Assembly: GCA_963729625.1 (NCBI GenBank)
Contig: CAVSOU010000001.1
Location: 1-59,107 of the forward strand
Direction of reading: 5' to 3'
Origin: an uncultured bacterium
GTDB lineage: Bacteria > Chloroflexota > UBA5177 > JANWHV01
DNA: 59,107 nucleotides
Shown here: piece after piece, positions 29,615 through 40,130 of the stretch
Position numbering within the stretch: position 1 is the first letter of the stretch
How the letters are laid out: every line of letters starts with the position of its first letter
Made by a program: the position numbers and the translations under genes
Notes under the pieces: generated by a model
Databases searched by the model: none
What the model was told of the DNA's origin: nothing
What the model saw: only the letters and a program-made list of their open reading frames with translations

Positions 29615-30565
29615 ATGGCAGCGTCAATTGACCTGACGCCCGACGGACCGGCGGCGGGGAACCGCCGCCGGTCCTCTAATGCGCGTGCTGCTGTGCGTGA
29701 GCACATCATCGCCTACGTGATGGTGGCGCCCGCGGTGCTGTTTCTCGGTATTATCATTGTCTATCCGGCGATCAAGGCGATCTGGGACACCCTGGCGGTG
29801 GAACACCTCGTCGTGCAAAACGGCGTGCAGTCCGTACAGCGCACGTTCACGTTCGACACCTATTCCGCGATCTGGAATGACAGCTACTCCCGGAAGTCGG
29901 TGATCTACAGCCTGCGCGTGACCACCACGTCAGTAATCGCCCTGTTCGCGCTGTGCTATCCGCTCGCAATCTATCTGCGCTTTAGCCGTGGATTCATCGC
30001 CTCGCTGTTCCGCACGCTCACCCTGATCCCGCTGTTTATTCCCACGATTATCTGCGCCTATGCATTCATCTCCTTTTACCAGCAGGGCAACTTCCTTGAC
30101 GTTCTGCTGCAGCAGACCGGCATCGAGGGCAGCGTCTTTGGCGGGAATTACCCGCAGCTGATCGACAACACCACCGGCATCGTGCTGGCTCAGGTGTGGA
30201 AGAATATACCGATTACGGTCCTGCTCATTGGCGCCGGACTGGGAGAGATAGATAACGCGCTGATTGAGAGCGCACGTGACGTGGGCGCGGGCTGGCTGCG
30301 TATCTTCCTCCGTATCCTGTTTCCGCTGACCTTGCGCCAGTCGCTGATCGCCTTTGCCCTGGCCTTTATTGGCGTGCTCGGGAGCTACAATATCCCCGTG
30401 CTGATCGGCCCCACTGCGCCGCCAATGGTCGGGGTTTTGATGGATCATGATGTTAATGAGGGGGATCTGCTGACCGCTCAGGGACTGGCCGTGATCACGT
30501 TTGCAATCGCGGTCATAGTTGGTGTGTTCTACGTTTTGGCGGTCTCGCGCCAGCGCTGGCGATGA
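29615..30565 (+). CDS. ABC importer permease
   Basis: TM helices with EAA-like motif LIESARDVGA. Confidence 0.9.
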   Translation: MAASIDLTPDGPAAGNRRRSSNARAAVREHIIAYVMVAPAVLFLGIIIVYPAIKAIWDTLAVEHLVVQNGVQSVQRTFTFDTYSAIWNDSYSRKSVIYSLRVTTTSVIALFALCYPLAIYLRFSRGFIASLFRTLTLIPLFIPTIICAYAFISFYQQGNFLDVLLQQTGIEGSVFGGNYPQLIDNTTGIVLAQVWKNIPITVLLIGAGLGEIDNALIESARDVGAGWLRIFLRILFPLTLRQSLIAFALAFIGVLGSYNIPVLIGPTAPPMVGVLMDHDVNEGDLLTAQGLAVITFAIAVIVGVFYVLAVSRQRWR

Positions 30566-31468
30566 GTGGCGATGAATGACGTAATTGCCGGATCGGATGC
30601 TGCGCGGCCTGGAACGGTGCGTCGCGCGTTTGGCCCGCGAAGAGCCTGGCGCGACGTGCTGGGCCCCCAGGTGCCGTTCACGATCCTGAAGTGGATTGCC
30701 CTCGTCGCTATGGCGATCTTCATTCTCGGGCCCCTGCTGGTGATGACACTGTGGGCCTTTGAAAATGACTGGACGGGGGACAGCCTCTTCCCCACGAGCT
30801 GGACCTTCCGTTGGTGGCCGGACGTCTGGAACCTCACCGGCATCACGGACGCCGTGACGCTGAGCCTGGAAACGGCGGCGGTGGTGATGATTTGCTCCAC
30901 TGTGCTCTGTTTGCCCGCGGCATATGCCTTCGCCCGCTACAAGTTTTTTGGCCGCGAGGCGCTGCTTCTGGCGTTCCTGGCCTCCAACGCGTTTCCCAAA
31001 TTCGGTCTGTACATTACCATTCTGACGCTCTTCTACCAGATTAACTTCATGCAGTCGGTCCAGGGTATCGTGGCCATCCAGATGGTGGAGACGCTGCTGT
31101 TCATGATCTGGATACCGGCCACCGCATTTCAGAACATCGACCGTAGTCTTGAAGAAGCAGCACAGGACGCCGGCTGCTCGAAATTCGGCACGTTCATCCG
31201 AATCACCTTGCCACTGGCGGCGCCGGCGATTGCCGTGGCGATGCTGCTCGCCTTTGTTGCCGCGCTCGACGAATCGCAAGGCACGCTGCTGGTCGGCCTG
31301 CCACGTTACAAGACGATGCCGTTGATCATGTACGATGCCGTGAACAGCTACTCGCAGCCGGAAGGCGCGGTTTTCGCCCTGCTGCTCTCGATACCCTCGC
31401 TGCTTTTGCTTGCCGCGGCCCAGTTTGTAGCGCGTGGAAAAGGCATTCGCCTCACGGGAACGACTTGA
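30566..31468 (+). CDS. ABC importer permease
   Basis: LEEAAQDAG EAA motif; TM helices. Confidence 0.9.
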   Translation: MAMNDVIAGSDAARPGTVRRAFGPRRAWRDVLGPQVPFTILKWIALVAMAIFILGPLLVMTLWAFENDWTGDSLFPTSWTFRWWPDVWNLTGITDAVTLSLETAAVVMICSTVLCLPAAYAFARYKFFGREALLLAFLASNAFPKFGLYITILTLFYQINFMQSVQGIVAIQMVETLLFMIWIPATAFQNIDRSLEEAAQDAGCSKFGTFIRITLPLAAPAIAVAMLLAFVAALDESQGTLLVGLPRYKTMPLIMYDAVNSYSQPEGAVFALLLSIPSLLLLAAAQFVARGKGIRLTGTT

Positions 31469-31469
31469 G

Positions 31470-32564
31470 ATGGCAGAGCTAGCAATCAAGAACATCGTGA
31501 AGTACTACGGGAACGTCCTGGCGGTAAACGACATCTCGATCACCGTCAACAGTGGCGAATTGCTCTGCATCCTGGGTCCGTCAGGCTGCGGAAAGTCGAC
31601 GACGCTGCGGATGATTGGCGGCTTTGAAGCCGTCGACGGTGGCGACATCGCGATCGACGGGCGGTCGATCCTGCGCCTGCCGCCGAACAAGCGACCGACG
31701 GCAATGGTCTTCCAGAAGTACACCCTCTGGCCACATATGCGCGTCCACGATAACGTGGCCTTCGGCCTTAAGCTGAGACGACAACCTGCCGCGACGATTG
31801 AGCGCAAGGTCCGCGATGCGCTGGAGATGGTGGGGCTGCCGGACGCCGGCAAGCGGTATCCGAATCAGCTCTCCGGCGGCGAGCAGCAGCGCATCGCGCT
31901 GGCGCGTGCGCTGGTGCTGGAACCGGCCGTACTCTTGCTCGACGAGCCGCTGTCCAACCTGGACGCGCGGCTGCGCGTGCGCATGCGCGAGGAGATCAAG
32001 CGGATCCAGCGGCGCACCGGAATCACTTCCGTGTTCGTAACACACGACCAGGAGGAAGCGCTTTCGATCGCCGACCGCATCGCGGTCATGAGCAAAGGGC
32101 GTCTCGAACAGCTGGATACACCTTCGCACGTCTACTCCTTGCCACAATCGGTCTTCGTGGCCGACTTCATCGGTACCATGACCATGCTGGCCGGTGTCTA
32201 CCATCGATCCACAGGCAGCCTGGAGGTAGCGGGCGTCCGGTTGCCGGCACCGGGCGCAAGCTGGGCGGACGGCCAGCAGGTGCGCATCGCGTTTCGGCCG
32301 GAGGACCTCGAGCCGGTGCAAACACGGAACGGCGCCACGCTGAACGGCCGTGTGGACGTGGTAATGGACCTTGGGCACTTCCGGCACCTGGAAGTGCAAC
32401 TTGAAAGCGGACCATCGGTCAAGGTCTTTGTCTCCAAGGACCTGGTGCTGAATTCTGGCGATCCTGTTCGCCTTGCGCCCAGCCGGTGCCTGGTGTTCGT
32501 CGGTGACGCGGATCCGGTGGAGATCACGCTCCGCCGCGAGCCGGCGCCGGCACCTTCCATCTAG
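31470..32564 (+). CDS. ABC importer ATP-binding protein (PotA/MalK-like, TOBE tail)
   Basis: GPSGCGKS, LSGGEQQR, LLLDEP, VTHDQEEA. Confidence 0.93.
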   Translation: MAELAIKNIVKYYGNVLAVNDISITVNSGELLCILGPSGCGKSTTLRMIGGFEAVDGGDIAIDGRSILRLPPNKRPTAMVFQKYTLWPHMRVHDNVAFGLKLRRQPAATIERKVRDALEMVGLPDAGKRYPNQLSGGEQQRIALARALVLEPAVLLLDEPLSNLDARLRVRMREEIKRIQRRTGITSVFVTHDQEEALSIADRIAVMSKGRLEQLDTPSHVYSLPQSVFVADFIGTMTMLAGVYHRSTGSLEVAGVRLPAPGASWADGQQVRIAFRPEDLEPVQTRNGATLNGRVDVVMDLGHFRHLEVQLESGPSVKVFVSKDLVLNSGDPVRLAPSRCLVFVGDADPVEITLRREPAPAPSI

Positions 32565-32604
32565 TCCACCGGTGCGCTACGATGCGCACACTGGAGGGTG
32601 CATC

Positions 32605-32790
32605 ATGCGCGCGCGGTTGCTCGTGGTCGGATTGGCGGTATTGGGCGTGTGCGGCGGCCGGCAGCAGATGGCCGATCCGTGGGCATGGGTCCCGGGCGGG
32701 ATCCGGCAGCGCCTGCCCTTCTCGACCGGCGGCCCGGCTACACGCGTGGAACCAGGCCGTGTATTCGTCCTGGACCTCAAACGCCTGTAA
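32605..32790 (+). pseudogene. Short ORF or truncated exported-protein remnant
   Basis: GGAGG RBS and signal-like start MRARLLVVGLAVLG; stops after 61 aa directly against the convergent gene. Confidence 0.3.
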
Positions 32791-32791
32791 G

Positions 32792-33412
32792 TTAGTGCTT
32801 GGCGCTTTCGATCTTCGTGGCGACCTTGAGAGCGAGCGAGCGATCGAGTGTATCGATGCTGGGTACAGGCAGGTTCGTGCCCGATTCGCACACAAAAACA
32901 CTGACGACATAGTTCCGAAGCCGGAACTGGATATCTGCCACTGGTGACTTGTAGAACATTGCCGTCGTGTACAGACAGACCTCGCCGAAGTGGCATGCTT
33001 GAACCTTCGTGTGCGCGTCGGCCGGCAATTTGGCCACCTCGGCTTTGGCCGTTGCCAGGGCCCCGGCAGGCATAAACGACACTGCCTCGGCATTCGTCCG
33101 GTAATACTCTATCGTCGTGGACACTTCGGTGCTATGATCGCCGCCGGCGTTCTTCCAGTAATAGTCCCTGTCGTCGGCGGAAGCCGCCTTATTGTGCGCG
33201 GCGGTGCCGTCATCATGTTGCTCGATGCCATTGACGCCGGCCACGAACATGACTGCTCCATGCGGCCCGCGCGGCAGGTCGGAGATCTGGAGATTGACCT
33301 TCTGTGCAAGGTTAAGTCCGGTCGTCCCAACTGCCGCCACGGCTGAGCCGGCAGGCGCAATAAAGGACGCGGCCACAAAGAGGCCAACGACTACTCGCGC
33401 GATTCCCCGCAT
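32792..33412 (-). CDS. Secreted hypothetical protein
   Basis: Signal peptide ending AVA; AAGG RBS; VNLQISDLP start of the mature region. Confidence 0.7.
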   Translation of the reverse strand: MRGIARVVVGLFVAASFIAPAGSAVAAVGTTGLNLAQKVNLQISDLPRGPHGAVMFVAGVNGIEQHDDGTAAHNKAASADDRDYYWKNAGGDHSTEVSTTIEYYRTNAEAVSFMPAGALATAKAEVAKLPADAHTKVQACHFGEVCLYTTAMFYKSPVADIQFRLRNYVVSVFVCESGTNLPVPSIDTLDRSLALKVATKIESAKH

Positions 33413-33517
33413 GATGCATGCCTTTCGTTCTATGGCCTGGCCGCCGCAAGGCGCAGCCTTCAAGAAATAGTATAGCTCCGGGATGCCCGCTGGCGCCGCG
33501 CTTGCCGGAGGCGTCGT

Positions 33518-35227
33518 CTAGCCCGATCGCGCCGATCCGCGCAACTCGAAGATGACCGCATCGCGGTAGCGCCACACCGGCCGATAGCGCCTGCGCAGCA
33601 GGGCGTCGAGCGATCCGGATGCCGGCAGCTCGGGCTCGATCGCTACCACGTACGGCGGCGAATCCGCGCGCAGACTTGTCATAACCTGGTTCATGCCATC
33701 GGGAATGGGCGGGCGGTAGTAGGCCGAGAAGTAGCGCGTTGCGTGCTCGTAGCCTGAAAGATAATAGATCCAGGGCGCATTGCCCCACACGTAGAGGCGG
33801 TCAGGCTGCACTGGATGCGAGCGCAGGTAGCCGGCCACGGCGACATTGCGCTCTACTCGCGCGTCCATGCGATCGCCAAACTCCTGGTCGCTGAGCGCTC
33901 CCGTGAGGTGCTGCCAGATATAACCGTAGTAGCCGTACAGGTGGTTGCCCGGAGGATCGGTGGCACGGGTCGCGCTCACCGCCTGCAGGGAAGCGACGGG
34001 GACGGCGACAGTCCATGCTATGAGCAATCCCGCAAGGAGCCGGCGGGCAACGCGCTGCCGGCTTTCGCCCAAACCTCCGGCGAGCAGCGCCAGGCAAATC
34101 GCGCCCGGCGGCACGGCCTGCAAATAGTAGTGGAGGTACGAGCGGCCGCTGGCCAGGGCGCCAAGCAGCGCCAGGCCAAGCCACCACAGGGACCCGGCGG
34201 CGAATACGGCTGCAGGAATCGCGCTGGAATACATGGCAGAATCGCTGGTGCGCGGTGCCGATCCTCGCAGGATGCGGACGCCAAGGAGCAGAAGAAGGGC
34301 CGGCAGAGTCAGCAAGCCGATGCTGAGCAGCGGTGCGTGCATGCCCTGGCCCGTGGAGACGTAGCTTTCGTTGTAGCCGACGGTGGCGTACAGCGCGTCG
34401 CCGAACAGTCCTCGCGTGGCCAGCCACACCGAGACCGCGGAAATAGGCAGGGCAGCGCCCGTGAGCAGCGCACTGGCCAGGTGCCATCGCCGCCTGGGAG
34501 AGGCAATCGCGAGTATGGCCAGTGCGGCGACGAGATCCGCTCCCGCGACGAGCTTGAACAGGATGGCGACCCCCAACGCGGCGCCAGTAGCGACAATCGG
34601 GACCAGATCGCCCTTGTGTGCCGCCGACTTGCGTACGCGGGCAACGATGCGCCAGATCGCCGCCATGGCCGGCGTGGTGGCCGCGACCAAGAATATCTCG
34701 GCGTTGGCAGTCGTGCCGTCCAGCAGCGGCAGATCGAAGGCTGCTCCCGCGATGGCGGCGCCGAGCAAGGCAGACCAGTACGTGGCGTGCCCGCGCAGCA
34801 GTCGGAAGACCGCGATCTGCGCGATCAGCGCCGCGACAAGCGCGAAGATGCGAGCAGTGACGAGAACGTGCGCGGATCCGGCCACGGTCTCAGCAAGAGC
34901 ATAGAGCAGATAGATTGCGGGCGGCTTGTTCTCCCACACCTGGCGATACAGGGCCTCGTGACGGAGGATCGCCTGGCCCACGTTGGCGTACACGCCCTCG
35001 TCGTTCAGCCAGGGCGGATCGCCCAGAGTCGGCAGTCGCCAGGTAAGGCAGAAGATGACGACGGCGATGGGCAGTGCCTGTCGCGGACCGGCCACCGTTT
35101 CGGCCGCGCGCCGTAACCGATTCATGCCGCGTGGCGTCCTCACGTTCGCCCTCCACACATCGGCGCGCGTGCCGGCGGACAGAGCTGCGCCAGCGCGAAA
35201 TGATTGCTGCCGGCCTGTGTGCAACAC
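33518..35227 (-). CDS. GT-C fold glycosyltransferase (ArnT/PMT-like)
   Basis: NDEGVY, LYRQVWENKPP, ANAEIF, HYYLQ; many TM helices; start uncertain. Confidence 0.85.
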   Translation of the reverse strand: MLHTGRQQSFRAGAALSAGTRADVWRANVRTPRGMNRLRRAAETVAGPRQALPIAVVIFCLTWRLPTLGDPPWLNDEGVYANVGQAILRHEALYRQVWENKPPAIYLLYALAETVAGSAHVLVTARIFALVAALIAQIAVFRLLRGHATYWSALLGAAIAGAAFDLPLLDGTTANAEIFLVAATTPAMAAIWRIVARVRKSAAHKGDLVPIVATGAALGVAILFKLVAGADLVAALAILAIASPRRRWHLASALLTGAALPISAVSVWLATRGLFGDALYATVGYNESYVSTGQGMHAPLLSIGLLTLPALLLLLGVRILRGSAPRTSDSAMYSSAIPAAVFAAGSLWWLGLALLGALASGRSYLHYYLQAVPPGAICLALLAGGLGESRQRVARRLLAGLLIAWTVAVPVASLQAVSATRATDPPGNHLYGYYGYIWQHLTGALSDQEFGDRMDARVERNVAVAGYLRSHPVQPDRLYVWGNAPWIYYLSGYEHATRYFSAYYRPPIPDGMNQVMTSLRADSPPYVVAIEPELPASGSLDALLRRRYRPVWRYRDAVIFELRGSARSG

Positions 35228-35433
35228 ATCAAGCAGGGCACTTCCACTGCAACTTGAAGCTGCTGTGATGCATGACTCTCACTGTCCTTTGAACCGTGGC
35301 GATAGACGTCTCGCATCAAATAGTAGTTGGTTGGCATTCAGGATAGCCAGCGGTAACGACTGGAGCATTCGGGCCTCCCTGGTATACTCCGGGACGTGCT
35401 CGAGATCGCCAAAGCCATGGGGAAATCCCAGCA

Positions 35434-37014
35434 ATGCAGCAGCCTGGCGCAAGAGAGACCGCATCAACCGACGATGGCTCGCGATCACTGGGGCTGCCGC
35501 TGGTGGGCGCGTTCGCGCTGACCGCTGCCTGGTGGCTGCTGTGGATCGGCCGCTCGACCTTGTTCTTCGACGAGGCCTACTACTGGGACTGGTCTCGACG
35601 GCTCGACCTTGGCTACTTCGACCACCCGCCGCTGGTCGCCGTGCTGATCCGGCTTGCCACCAGTCTCGCCGGTTCGAGCGAGTTCGGCGTTCGCGTGTCG
35701 ATGGTCGCCTGCGGGCTGGGAACGGTGGCGCTGGCGGCCAGGGCAGGTTACGTGTTGGGCGGCGCGCGTGCCGGCTGGCTGTGCTTGCTGCTGGCGGCCA
35801 CGTGCCCGCTGTTCGGCCTCCTCTTCGACTTCGCCGGTCCGGATGCCCCGTTGCTTCTTGCCTGGGCCGGTGTTGTGTACGCGATGGTGTTGGTAGCTCG
35901 CGGCGGGGATGGTCGCTACTGGTATGTTGCGGGTGCGCTCGTGGGCGTGGCATTGCTGTCGAAGTACACGGCCGGCTTCCTGGTCGTGTCGCTCGCGCTG
36001 TACGCTGCCCTCTCCAGCCGGAGCTGGCTTGCGAGGCGCGAGCCGTACCTTACCGTCGTGCCGGCGCTGCTCGTATTCAGCCCCAATCTCTGGTGGAATG
36101 CCCGTCACGCGTGGACCAGCATTGAGTTCCAGACCACGCACGGCGCCTGTGTCATTGGCGCACGCGGGTCAAACTATCTGTATCAGACATGGCTCTACGG
36201 CCAGAATCAGGTGACCCTGGTAGGCCCTCTCCTCGCGCTGATGGTGGCAGCCGGCACGCTCGGAGCGCTCGTGCGGGGTCTGCGCGGCGACGATCCGATG
36301 CTCTTGCTGGCATGCTGCACGCTTGTAATCACGGGGTTCTTCTTCGCCTCGCATGGCGTCCGCCAGTGGGCGGCTCCCGGCTACTTCTCAGGTATCGTCT
36401 CCGCGGGCGTGCTGGCGGCACGGCATCCCTGGTGGCAGCGGACCTCGCCGTGGCGGCCCCGCATCATGGCGGCCGTGGCAATCATGGCCGGCGCGATCGA
36501 ATTTGCCGGCATTCAGACCGGCTACGTTGAGCGCGCCACGTCCGGGGGCGGCGTGTTTGTAGAGAGCGCCGCGCGAGTAGACACCTCGCTCTTGCGCCCG
36601 CAGCCACGCTGGCCCGAAGCGGCAAGGCTTGTAGCGTCCTTCACGGCGACGCTAAGCCCCTCCGAGCGTGGTTCCATGGTTCTCGTCGCCGATTCCTATG
36701 GTACGGCGGCGGAGTTGGCCTTTTACCTGCCGGGGCATCCGCACGTCTACAGCGACGCCGATCAATACAAGCTCTGGCCGCCGCCGAGCCAGGTTGCCAC
36801 CATCGTATTCGTGTCGACTGACCCGCCTATCGGCGCCCCGGTGCCGGACCCCCCGGGCGCGCGCGTGTTTGCCGCACTGCCAATCCTGTCCGGTTCGCGC
36901 GTGGTTGGGCACTTCACCGCGGCAATCGCGCTCAACCGGCATCTGGCTTCGGGGGCGTCCACGCTGGACGATCTCCTGGCGCGGACCGAAATCGTGCAGC
37001 AGCACTGCCAGTAG
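35434..37014 (+). CDS. GT-C fold glycosyltransferase (GT39/GT83-like)
   Basis: FDEAYYWDWSRRLDLGYFDHPP, GPDAPL, LLSKYT, FSPNLWWNA. Confidence 0.9.
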   Translation: MQQPGARETASTDDGSRSLGLPLVGAFALTAAWWLLWIGRSTLFFDEAYYWDWSRRLDLGYFDHPPLVAVLIRLATSLAGSSEFGVRVSMVACGLGTVALAARAGYVLGGARAGWLCLLLAATCPLFGLLFDFAGPDAPLLLAWAGVVYAMVLVARGGDGRYWYVAGALVGVALLSKYTAGFLVVSLALYAALSSRSWLARREPYLTVVPALLVFSPNLWWNARHAWTSIEFQTTHGACVIGARGSNYLYQTWLYGQNQVTLVGPLLALMVAAGTLGALVRGLRGDDPMLLLACCTLVITGFFFASHGVRQWAAPGYFSGIVSAGVLAARHPWWQRTSPWRPRIMAAVAIMAGAIEFAGIQTGYVERATSGGGVFVESAARVDTSLLRPQPRWPEAARLVASFTATLSPSERGSMVLVADSYGTAAELAFYLPGHPHVYSDADQYKLWPPPSQVATIVFVSTDPPIGAPVPDPPGARVFAALPILSGSRVVGHFTAAIALNRHLASGASTLDDLLARTEIVQQHCQ

Positions 37015-37177
37015 ACCGTTTGTCAGAGGTCGTGGACGCTAATGCGAAGCCACGAGGAGATCTCTACTGGCGCGCGCGATCCTGGAGGCGCGGGCGTCCT
37101 CGTCCGCCAGGGACGCGCCGGCCATACACTGCATCGCCAGGACGTGACCACCCTGCGGACTCCGGCGTGGCACCACT

Positions 37178-38758
37178 CTAGGTGACGATTCTATAGGAGC
37201 TGCGCGCGCGGGAGGCGTGGTCGGACCGCACCAGAGGCCCGATAGCAGCGCCGACTACCCGTGGTGTCGTCGTAACAAGAGCGGCGACGGCCAGAACCGG
37301 CAGGAACATGAAATACGTGTGCAGACTCCGCCAGGCAAAGAACATCGGAACCAGCGGCAGCAAGAGGGCGAGGGCCGGCGCGTTTGCACAGCGACGCACG
37401 TAGAAGACGAAGGCGCCAATGTACGCCGAGACCTCGAGCAGCACGTACACGACCGCCGGGAACAGCGGCAGAGCCTTGGCGATCGAGAGGTCGATCAGTC
37501 CGACGCCGAGCGCGAACATGGGATCGCGCATCGGACCAAGCACACCGGAAATCCAGTCACTCGGCGACGCCACAATGAACTGCAGGTTGAAGCCGAGGAA
37601 CACAAGCGCTATCAAGACGACGCGCTTCCAGAGATCGCGCGTGCCGCATTCACGCCAGGCGAGGAACAGCAGGAAGGGCACGAAGAACCAGGCTTGTTGC
37701 CGGCTGGCGATGGCCACCCCGAGTAGCAGTCCAGCCGGCAAGGCGCGCTTGCGGTTGAACCAGTACAGCACGAGGAAGAGCGCATACGAGGCGTCCGTCA
37801 GCCCACCTGCACCGTCGATCACGAGCGGCGCGTTTCCGAGCAGAAGAAGCGCGACGGCGGGGCGAATCCTGGGACTGGCGCGTCGATAGATCAGGACGCA
37901 GGCAAGGATGGTGAAGCAGAGGTACAGGGGAATGAGGTCGCGCACGCCGAGCAGCAAGGCGGGAATGGCAATAGAGATCGCGGCGCCCGGATAGTTGAAG
38001 CGGTTCTCGAAATCGGGCGTCATGTATGCAGGATTCCGGCGCTCCTGCAAGAGATCGTTGACGAACGTGTGGTACTGGATCCACTTGTATGTCACCGAAG
38101 CAGGGGACGGATAGCTGCGGAATTGCTTGAACGCTCCCGCCGTCTTGGGCGTCGTCGATCCTGACCCCAGGCCGTGATCGGACAGGCACGTCAGCATGTG
38201 GATGTTCGCGTATGGGTTAGCGCCATGCATGACCATTTGCGCGGCGCAGTCCGTCACCGCGACGGCATCGTTCGTGTAGCGCTGAACCAGCATCAGGTGG
38301 GGAATAGCGATGAACGTCTGCGCGACCGTGATGCCGACCAGGACGAGCATGAGCAGTGTCGTCTTGGGACGCTCGCCGACGGCGAGAAGGCGTGTGGGCG
38401 GCCGCGCCAGCGCACAATAGAGCGCAGCGAGCAGGACCACGATCGAGCCTGTCAGCACCAAGGCGAGGGGAATCTGTACGCGAAAGACACCATGGTCGAG
38501 ACAAATCGCCACGTACATTGCCAGGCTCGCGATAGCGACCGGCGTTGCCCACGCGGGGATCGGCACGCTCGCGACGGCAGATCTCGCACGCTGGAAGCGC
38601 GAAAGGGGGCGCATCGACCGCTCCTCATCGTCCTTGTCAGGCGAGAACCGGCTATCGCGCATCGCGCTCGCTCGTTCTCCCGCAACGGGAGGGATCGCCT
38701 CGACTGGGCGCGGGGCCAACCGGACACGCGGCAGACTGCTCATCGGCTGGTTCTTCAC
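37178..38758 (-). CDS. GT87/DUF2029-like membrane glycosyltransferase
   Basis: YTND, GANPY, FNYP, G.TD and GVAIASRQQAW motifs; multi-TM. Confidence 0.72.
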   Translation of the reverse strand: MKNQPMSSLPRVRLAPRPVEAIPPVAGERASAMRDSRFSPDKDDEERSMRPLSRFQRARSAVASVPIPAWATPVAIASLAMYVAICLDHGVFRVQIPLALVLTGSIVVLLAALYCALARPPTRLLAVGERPKTTLLMLVLVGITVAQTFIAIPHLMLVQRYTNDAVAVTDCAAQMVMHGANPYANIHMLTCLSDHGLGSGSTTPKTAGAFKQFRSYPSPASVTYKWIQYHTFVNDLLQERRNPAYMTPDFENRFNYPGAAISIAIPALLLGVRDLIPLYLCFTILACVLIYRRASPRIRPAVALLLLGNAPLVIDGAGGLTDASYALFLVLYWFNRKRALPAGLLLGVAIASRQQAWFFVPFLLFLAWRECGTRDLWKRVVLIALVFLGFNLQFIVASPSDWISGVLGPMRDPMFALGVGLIDLSIAKALPLFPAVVYVLLEVSAYIGAFVFYVRRCANAPALALLLPLVPMFFAWRSLHTYFMFLPVLAVAALVTTTPRVVGAAIGPLVRSDHASRARSSYRIVT

Positions 38759-39385
38759 TCCCTATGCGTCGAGGTCGAGCGAAAAGAGTCGTTCAGAGTA
38801 CGTCCTGGGCCGTGCGGTCCGTCGACGTATGCGGTCGCCGGCATGGCACGCCCGTGCGAAGGCAATTCATCCGTGGTTCATGTAGCCCTGTGATGAGCGT
38901 ACAGTGGCGCCGGACAGCCGTCAAAGCACCGAGCTAATTGCCGCTAACAGGCGTCACCTGGCCACGGTGGCCAAGGAATAGTAAGTTTCGTCCGCGGCCA
39001 GACTATGCTCTGTCACGTAGAGTGCCTACCAGCTCGCATAACTAGGCACATCGACACGCTGGGGTTCGCGCGACTCGCAGGCCGACTACAGGCAAAACTG
39101 TGGCATCGCGAGCGCGAGTGCCACGGGCGCAAGTGTGCAATCCTTGGAGCGCCGAGCCCCTCCATCGCCCGTGGGGCACGCCGAACAGGCCGGCTGATCT
39201 GCATCTCGCGGCGCGCATGCTTTCTCCAGCTGCAACCCACGGTAGCTTGAGGATTCGCCAGCAATAATAACGGTGTCAGCGTCGGCTCCTTCGTCAATTG
39301 GGGACGTCGTGCAAGGCATGATCGCTCGCGAGGTACACTGAGCAGAGGCGATTGCCGATACGGTGCAGTGTGCAGGGGAAGCGCG

Positions 39386-39628
39386 ATGAGTGAACTGGCT
39401 TTCGATCAGGTGCGGCGATTGGCCCTCCAGCTGCCACGTGCCGAGCGGGCCCGACTCGCATCATGGCTTGCCGCGACGGTAGACAGCGGGCCAAACGCTC
39501 CAGCCCCATCACCAGCGCGCTCCTTGTACGGCTTGTGGGCCGACCTCGGCGCGGCGCCCTCGGCTGCCGACATCGATGAGGCGCGGCGCGAGCTGTGGCA
39601 GGACTTCCCGCGTGAGGATATCGCCTGA
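39386..39628 (+). CDS. Antitoxin of a PIN-domain TA pair
   Basis: 80-aa ORF with RSLYGLWADLG...DIDEARRELW; TGATG overlap with the PIN gene. Confidence 0.8.
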   Translation: MSELAFDQVRRLALQLPRAERARLASWLAATVDSGPNAPAPSPARSLYGLWADLGAAPSAADIDEARRELWQDFPREDIA

Positions 39629-40029
39629 TGCTGGTGGGGGTGGCCGACACCCACGCGCTGATCTGGTATCTCCACGCCGATACGCGCCTTTCGCCAGCCG
39701 CCAGGGCGCTCTTCGAGACGGCCGCGACAACTGGTGACCAGATCGGGCTCTCATCGATCACGCTGATCGAGATGGTCTATCTCATTGAGAAGGGTCGGAT
39801 CGCGTCTGAGAGTTTCAGCCGGTTGGCAGCGGCCCTTGAAGCACCGGGTAGCCTGCTGGTCGAACTAGTGCCCGACCTAAGGATTGCGCGAACGTTGGCC
39901 CGTGTCGACCCGGCATCGGTGCCGGACATGCCTGACCGCATCATCGCTGCGACCGCCCTCGCAGCGCAAGTGCCGTTGATCAGCAGGGACGGCAGGATCC
40001 GGCTTTCAGGTCTGCCGACCGTCTGGTAG
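39628..40029 (+). CDS. vapC: VapC/PIN-domain toxin
   Basis: ADTHALIW, ITLIE, DMPDRIIAATA, LISRD: acidic active-site residues intact. Confidence 0.9.
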   Translation: MLVGVADTHALIWYLHADTRLSPAARALFETAATTGDQIGLSSITLIEMVYLIEKGRIASESFSRLAAALEAPGSLLVELVPDLRIARTLARVDPASVPDMPDRIIAATALAAQVPLISRDGRIRLSGLPTVW

Positions 40030-40130
40030 GCTCGTGCTGGCGCGCCCGGCAGGGAGTGAAGCCTGAGCATGCACGTGCATCGATGCGGGTGCAGACTGCT
40101 CGCATGCAGCGGACGCCGTACAGTGATTGT

